Part shown: positions 59,305 to 64,000 of the stretch, piece after piece
Position numbering within the stretch: the stretch's first letter is position 1
Layout: the number at the start of each line of letters is the position of its first letter
From: Planctomycetota bacterium
GTDB lineage: Bacteria > Planctomycetota > PLA2 > JAEUHO01
Assembly (NCBI GenBank): GCA_965222115.1
Contig: CBDCTJ010000007.1
Span: forward strand, 2,240,001-2,304,000
Reading direction: 5' to 3'
Length of the DNA: 64,000 bases
Made by a program: the position numbers and the translations under genes
Notes under the pieces: model-generated
Seen by the model: only the letters and a program-made list of their open reading frames with translations
Told to the model about the DNA's origin: nothing
The model's database searches: none

Positions 59305-59620
59305 GAGGGTTTACGGGCACGAACGACAATCCAATGGTCTCGCCAGCCGCAAACGGCACTTCTGACGAACACGTTTCAAATCGCAGCAATGGAGAACACA
59401 AGACACTCATGCGCGATGCCGCTCGCAGATTTCTGTTCGTTTCCGCCACCCCTACAGGGTGGTTCCATTTTGGGGACGTCTATACCCAGCGTTACGCGCC
59501 GCTGCGCTTGCGCTTCACACTGGGCTATTGACCCGTGGCCCCTCCGGGGCCGTTGAAGTTGACGTGGAACGCCGTCTGCGAGTCGGTCAGTAAGAGGTTC
59601 TGACGCTGCGCGGGAGACCG
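59298..59620 (-). repeat. Modular palindromic repeat element, copy D (inverted)
   Basis: Core reverse complement at 59484-59529. Confidence 0.9.
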
Positions 59621-59847
59621 TATCGCGGAGACGAGGGCACGGTGGGGGATACGCAGTACGGACAAATTTCAAACGCTTCGCGGTATATGGACCTGGGAAG
59701 CGGTGGGATACGGAGTACGCCAAAATCCACACATCTCGTTCGGCCGTGCTCGGCCACCAACGCGCTCGCCATACGAAACGATTCATTTGCAGCCCGAGGC
59801 AATCAAGAGCTACGAAATCAAAGCGCGTTGTTGTCGCCAGCTCTGAA

Positions 59848-60198
59848 GCCCCCCTCTCCCTCTGGGAGAGGGGGGTTGGGGGGTGAGGGTTTACGCATAC
59901 GAACGACGATTCAGTGGTCTCGCCATCCGCAAACGGCACTTCCGACGAACACGTTTCAAACCGCAGCGATCGAAAACACATAACACTCATGCGCGATGCC
60001 GCTCGCTGATTTACGCTCGTTTCCGCCACCCCTACAGAGTGGTTCCATATAGGTACGCCGTAACCCAGCGTTACGCGCCGCTGCGCTTGCGCTTCACACT
60101 GGGCTATTGTCCCGTGGCCCCTCCGGGGCCGTTGATGTTGATGCGGAACGCCGTCGGCGAGTCGACTAGTAAGAGGTTCTCACGCTGCGTGGGAGCCA
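59848..60198 (-). repeat. Modular palindromic repeat element, copy E (inverted)
   Basis: Core reverse complement at 60063-60108; includes the CCCCTCTCCC/GGGAGAGGGG hairpin. Confidence 0.9.
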
Positions 60199-60275
60199 TA
60201 CGCGCGTGTTTGCCACTTGAGCTAAAGTAGTACTGACCGAACCCCCGTTGTTTGCTTCCGCGATCACGCTCCACA

Positions 60276-60809
60276 CTAAGCACACTCCCAATCAAACCAC
60301 GACAACGCCGAACACGCGGCGCAGCGCGCAATGAGAATGAACCAGGAATAGTAGTCCTGGCGTCTGGCAATCCGCGCAGGTTCCGTCAACTCTTCGTTGT
60401 TTCCCGAGTATTGAAACGCCACCGTGAAGCGAAACAGTTTACTGTTGCACGTTGGGCACGCGTGTTGATGCCAGCCTTCTTTGCCCATCGGCTGGTGGTC
60501 GTCCCAGTGACCGAACTCGCCGTCATATCCATCGCGACGGTGATCGAATTGAAAGTGTGGTGTGTCGTGCGAACCAATTGCGTAGGGGGGTACGAACTCC
60601 GTTGATTTTTCGTCATACGTGACCGTGCGGACCCAAAGCGGTAGAGGCGCGTCGGCGCGAACAGCGAACGTAGAGGTAAAGCTTCCATACTCCCTGTTTA
60701 CTTCTTCGAGTTCACGTGCCATCGCGGGCATGGCAACTCCCTTCACGCAGCGAGGCGGATTCTCACGCATGGTTCGAATGTAGGCGTCGTCCCGCGACTC
60801 AGATTTCAT
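60276..60809 (-). CDS. Hypothetical protein with CxxC pairs
   Basis: CPTC and CAAC motifs, FDHRRDGYDGEF; start uncertain. Confidence 0.55.
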   Translation of the reverse strand: MKSESRDDAYIRTMRENPPRCVKGVAMPAMARELEEVNREYGSFTSTFAVRADAPLPLWVRTVTYDEKSTEFVPPYAIGSHDTPHFQFDHRRDGYDGEFGHWDDHQPMGKEGWHQHACPTCNSKLFRFTVAFQYSGNNEELTEPARIARRQDYYSWFILIARCAACSALSWFDWECA

Positions 60810-61079
60810 GGAGGCACAGGTGAATATGAGGAACCCGACGAAGATACATGTGGCCACAACGGAATAGACGAAAGGACCCATGAAGCGATTCCAGACTTGG
60901 GACGGCACGAGGCGCTCGTGGCAGAGTGCCTCGTGCCGGATTCTATCCATAGAGAGACGGCGCCCTTCTATTCGATCCCATTCCCCGGAGAATCGCCGCG
61001 TAAGGGGCCGTGGCCACAATGCGTCGCCACGTACCCTAAATATTGAGACAGATCCCAGGGCCATGGCGTTTCTCTTGTA

Positions 61080-63029
61080 ATGAATGAACAAGCCCCCCTC
61101 GTAGTTGAACGACTTTTGGCTGAGCGACAGTGGTTGTGTGCGCTTGCGCGTTCTTTGGTACGTGATGAAAACGCCGCGGATGACCTGGAGCAGGATGCTT
61201 GGGTGGCATCGATGAAGAAGCCGCCGATTTCCGGTGCGTCACCGCGGGGTTGGTTGGCGACGGTGGTTCGCAATCGCGCACGGGACAACCACCGACGGAC
61301 TATGCGACGCGCAACGCGTGAGGCACGGGCGGCGCGACCGGAGGCACAGCGTTCAGCGGCAGAGTTGGCGGAGCAGGCGGATACGCAGCGGCGGGTGATT
61401 GAGGCGGTGTTGGCGCTAGAACAGCCGTACCGAACTACCGTGCTCATGCGCTACTTCGACGAACTTGACGTGCGGGAGATCGCCGCTCGCATGGACACGA
61501 CCCCTTCCACCGTTCGCACGCGCTTGTCGCGCGCCATGGCGCGACTGCGTGCGGCGCTTGGGCAAGCGTACGGCAACGACGTGGCATGGAAGCGCGCCCT
61601 CGTTCCGTTCTTAGCAACCGGCTCGTCGTCGCACGGTTCATCTATTCGTCGATCGGCGAACGAGGACAAGCGCGGACAGGCGACATCGTCCGGTGGACGG
61701 CTTGGCTTTGCGCTCGCGCTTGCGAGTCTGTTGGCGGTGGGGAGCGTTTTTTGGTGGGCGCCTTGGCAGTCCGACGTATCTGTGGAACGAGCGCCAACGA
61801 CTGCTAGCGCCTCGGCGGATGTGTCTCCACCTCGGCTCGAAGGCGGTGCTCGAGATAACTCTCTTGAGGCCTACGATGCGAATCGAAGCGAGGAATCGGC
61901 AGCTCGGGAGCGTGCGGGTCGAGAAGGAGGCGCGAAGCCACCCTCAAATACGAGCGCCCAGAAGTCCGGAGGTGTCATTCGAGTCGTCGTGCTTGATGGA
62001 CAGTCCAGTGTGGTCGAAGGCGCCGATGTGCTCCTAATTGATCGCAGCGACGCAAAGCATCCGATTCGAGGCGCTCTCTTGGGTCGTGCCACATCCGACG
62101 CGGAGGGACGCGCAACGTTTGAAGGCATTGCACCGAAGGGCAATCTTCATGTTCGTGCGGCCTATCAGGAAACGTCCGCGATTACGGGGGAGTTCGATGG
62201 CAGCCAGCCGCCTCGTGACCCGATACGCGTTGTTCTCGGACCGTCACGCGTCATCGCGGGTCGCGTGATCAATGACGACGGGCATGCGATTGCGGACGCC
62301 ACCGTATTCGTCCATGCGCGCTTTGAAGGCGCCATCATTGCCATTGCGATTCAGCCCACCGACGATTTGGGAGCGTTTCGAATTGCAGGGCTGCCTGAAT
62401 CGTTGCTCAACGTCGGCGAAGAGAAGCCCGCTTCCATCGAAGTGCGCGCCAAGGGCTATGGGGAGTGCTGGCACGAGCTGTCAAACACGAACGAAAACCT
62501 AGGCCAACTCACCCTCAAGCTATCGAAATCGCGCACCATTGAGGGCCGCATCGTCAATGAGCGTGGGCACCCCATTGCGGATGCGGGCTTGGAGTTTCCC
62601 GACTCGGTTGGTGGGACATCCACAAACAGCGAGGGCCGGTTTCGCGCCGGTCGATTGCCTCAACGCACCGTCAAGCTTCGTATCAATTCAACCCAGCATG
62701 CACCGCGCCTCATTGATGTGCCGTTCGAAGGGCAGTTCAAACGCAATCTGGGTGATATCGTCTTGCATCCCGGGAAACCGATCGCGGGTATCGTGCTCGA
62801 CAAAGACGGCAATCCCCTATCGGGCGCCCTAGTTGCCATCTCCAGCGATGCGGTGGATCAGATTGTCCGGCAGGGCGAGTCCGACGAGCACGGCCGCTTC
62901 CGGTTCGAGCACTTTGGTGAGGGGGAACACAAAATCTATCTGTTCACCGACAGCGGCGATAAGGCCACACGCACGGGCGTGAGTGCCGGGGAAGAGAACG
63001 TAGAGATTCGCTTAGGCGGCGGAAAGTAG
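61080..63029 (+). CDS. ECF sigma factor fused to a TM segment and carboxypeptidase-regulatory-like domains
   Basis: ADDLEQDAW, WLATVVRN (sigma2); EIAARM..TVRTRLSRA (sigma4); TM; repeated G.V.D..G.P..GA.V..TD..G.F beta-sandwiches. Confidence 0.88.
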   Translation: MNEQAPLVVERLLAERQWLCALARSLVRDENAADDLEQDAWVASMKKPPISGASPRGWLATVVRNRARDNHRRTMRRATREARAARPEAQRSAAELAEQADTQRRVIEAVLALEQPYRTTVLMRYFDELDVREIAARMDTTPSTVRTRLSRAMARLRAALGQAYGNDVAWKRALVPFLATGSSSHGSSIRRSANEDKRGQATSSGGRLGFALALASLLAVGSVFWWAPWQSDVSVERAPTTASASADVSPPRLEGGARDNSLEAYDANRSEESAARERAGREGGAKPPSNTSAQKSGGVIRVVVLDGQSSVVEGADVLLIDRSDAKHPIRGALLGRATSDAEGRATFEGIAPKGNLHVRAAYQETSAITGEFDGSQPPRDPIRVVLGPSRVIAGRVINDDGHAIADATVFVHARFEGAIIAIAIQPTDDLGAFRIAGLPESLLNVGEEKPASIEVRAKGYGECWHELSNTNENLGQLTLKLSKSRTIEGRIVNERGHPIADAGLEFPDSVGGTSTNSEGRFRAGRLPQRTVKLRINSTQHAPRLIDVPFEGQFKRNLGDIVLHPGKPIAGIVLDKDGNPLSGALVAISSDAVDQIVRQGESDEHGRFRFEHFGEGEHKIYLFTDSGDKATRTGVSAGEENVEIRLGGGK

Positions 63030-63143
63030 ACGTGAGGGTCTGCCACACGCGTTGTTTTCTAATTGCGCCCGATTTGCAGCCGCTCTTCAGTCCTCAAACA
63101 ACTCCCATGCACGAGCGAACGCCCGCCTCGCAGTCGAAATCAA

Positions 63144-63998
63144 TCACTTCTCAATCAACGTCGCTTTCAAAATCTTGTCACCCACGCGAATCTTGTCCAC
63201 AACATCCATGCCCGACGTGACCATGCCGTAGCATGTGTAGCGTTCGTTGAGGGGTGTGTACTCGGTGTGCATGAAGAACAACTGGCAGCCGCCGTCGTCT
63301 TTTTGGCTCTTGGGCATGCCGAGGGCGCCGCGGATATAGGGCAGGCGAGTAATTTCGTCGGGGATAGACCAACCGCCGTCGCCGGCGCCGTGGCCCAAGG
63401 GGTCGCCGCCTTGGATGACAAAGTTGGGGACCACGCGATGCCAGCGCGTGCCGTTGTAGAGGCCCGCGTGAGCTGCCAACACGATGTTTACAGCATGGAC
63501 GGGCGCGGCGTCTGCATCCAAAGCGACTTCGAATGCACCTTGCGAGGTCTCGAAGCGAATGCAGGCGTTGTCCGCAGGTATGGCGACGGCAATCTTCAAA
63601 ATCTCGGTTTCGTTCAACCACGCACCTTTGCCTTTGGTGACATCGACGCCGAAGATCGCCGACGTTGGTCGTGGAAGTCCTTTCCACTCGTTTACGGCGA
63701 GCCCACCGCCCTTGATCTCATTCGCCGCGTCCGGCTTGAGCGTTTTGATGCTCTTTGCTGCGGCACGTCGAATCCAAGCAGATTCGGGCGAACTTGCCGC
63801 CGCGCCCAGCCAATGGGTGAGCCGTTTCTTGAGTTCCTCGGGGCATGTCTTGTCTTGAATCAGCTCGCCTGCTGCTGCGGCAAACGATGCCCGCGAGATG
63901 TCGTGCTCATCGGCTGCACTGCCGGATGCTGACGACGTGGAAAAACTCTCCAGCAAATGCTCCACGGCGTGCCACGCACGAACCTTGCATGCGAGCGA
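63144..63998 (-). CDS. Cyclophilin-type PPIase with N-terminal helical (HEAT-like) region; 5' end outside the window
   Basis: YNGTRWHRVVPNFVIQGGDP.G.G.G, GALGM..DDGGCQLF, LNERYTCYG.V..GMDVVDKI. Confidence 0.9.
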   Translation of the reverse strand, partial: SLACKVRAWHAVEHLLESFSTSSASGSAADEHDISRASFAAAAGELIQDKTCPEELKKRLTHWLGAAASSPESAWIRRAAAKSIKTLKPDAANEIKGGGLAVNEWKGLPRPTSAIFGVDVTKGKGAWLNETEILKIAVAIPADNACIRFETSQGAFEVALDADAAPVHAVNIVLAAHAGLYNGTRWHRVVPNFVIQGGDPLGHGAGDGGWSIPDEITRLPYIRGALGMPKSQKDDGGCQLFFMHTEYTPLNERYTCYGMVTSGMDVVDKIRVGDKILKATLIEK

Positions 63999-64000
63999 GG

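Noticed and set aside
33348-60198. CRISPR array
   Set aside because: Repeats are separated by hundreds to thousands of bp containing genes; no regular spacers and no cas genes

Overview
This is a GC-rich bacterial chromosome segment, most likely Planctomycetota. That is an inference from the prepilin cluster, the DUF6288-type protein and an ECF sigma factor fused to a TM segment plus carboxypeptidase-regulatory domains. The left half (1-33.3 kb) is core-like. It holds an FHA/PilM/PilO-like/TPR/4-prepilin type IV filament cluster, a parvulin, scpB, a PpiD-like protein carrying three GspG-like heads, rnpA-yidD, a PAS kinase with a sigma54 regulator, an HtrA protease, lexA, and a UGA/SECIS selenocysteine peroxiredoxin. 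The right half (33.3-60.2 kb) is an accessory/defence region. It holds a PAP2 protein, two four-helix-bundle (Avd-like) genes, ParDE, DUF4268- and DUF4209-like genes, type I RM, a DUF5131+TcmP pair, an AAA14-DUF4143 protein and DUF433. These genes sit like cassettes between copies of a modular repeat family: heptamer and hexamer microsatellites, several hairpins, an invariant 46-bp core (5 copies) and a ~33-bp motif (10 copies). No recombinase, transposase or RT is in the window. This repeat/cassette/four-helix-bundle arrangement is the best candidate for an undescribed system. Family names come from motif recognition by eye, not database searches.
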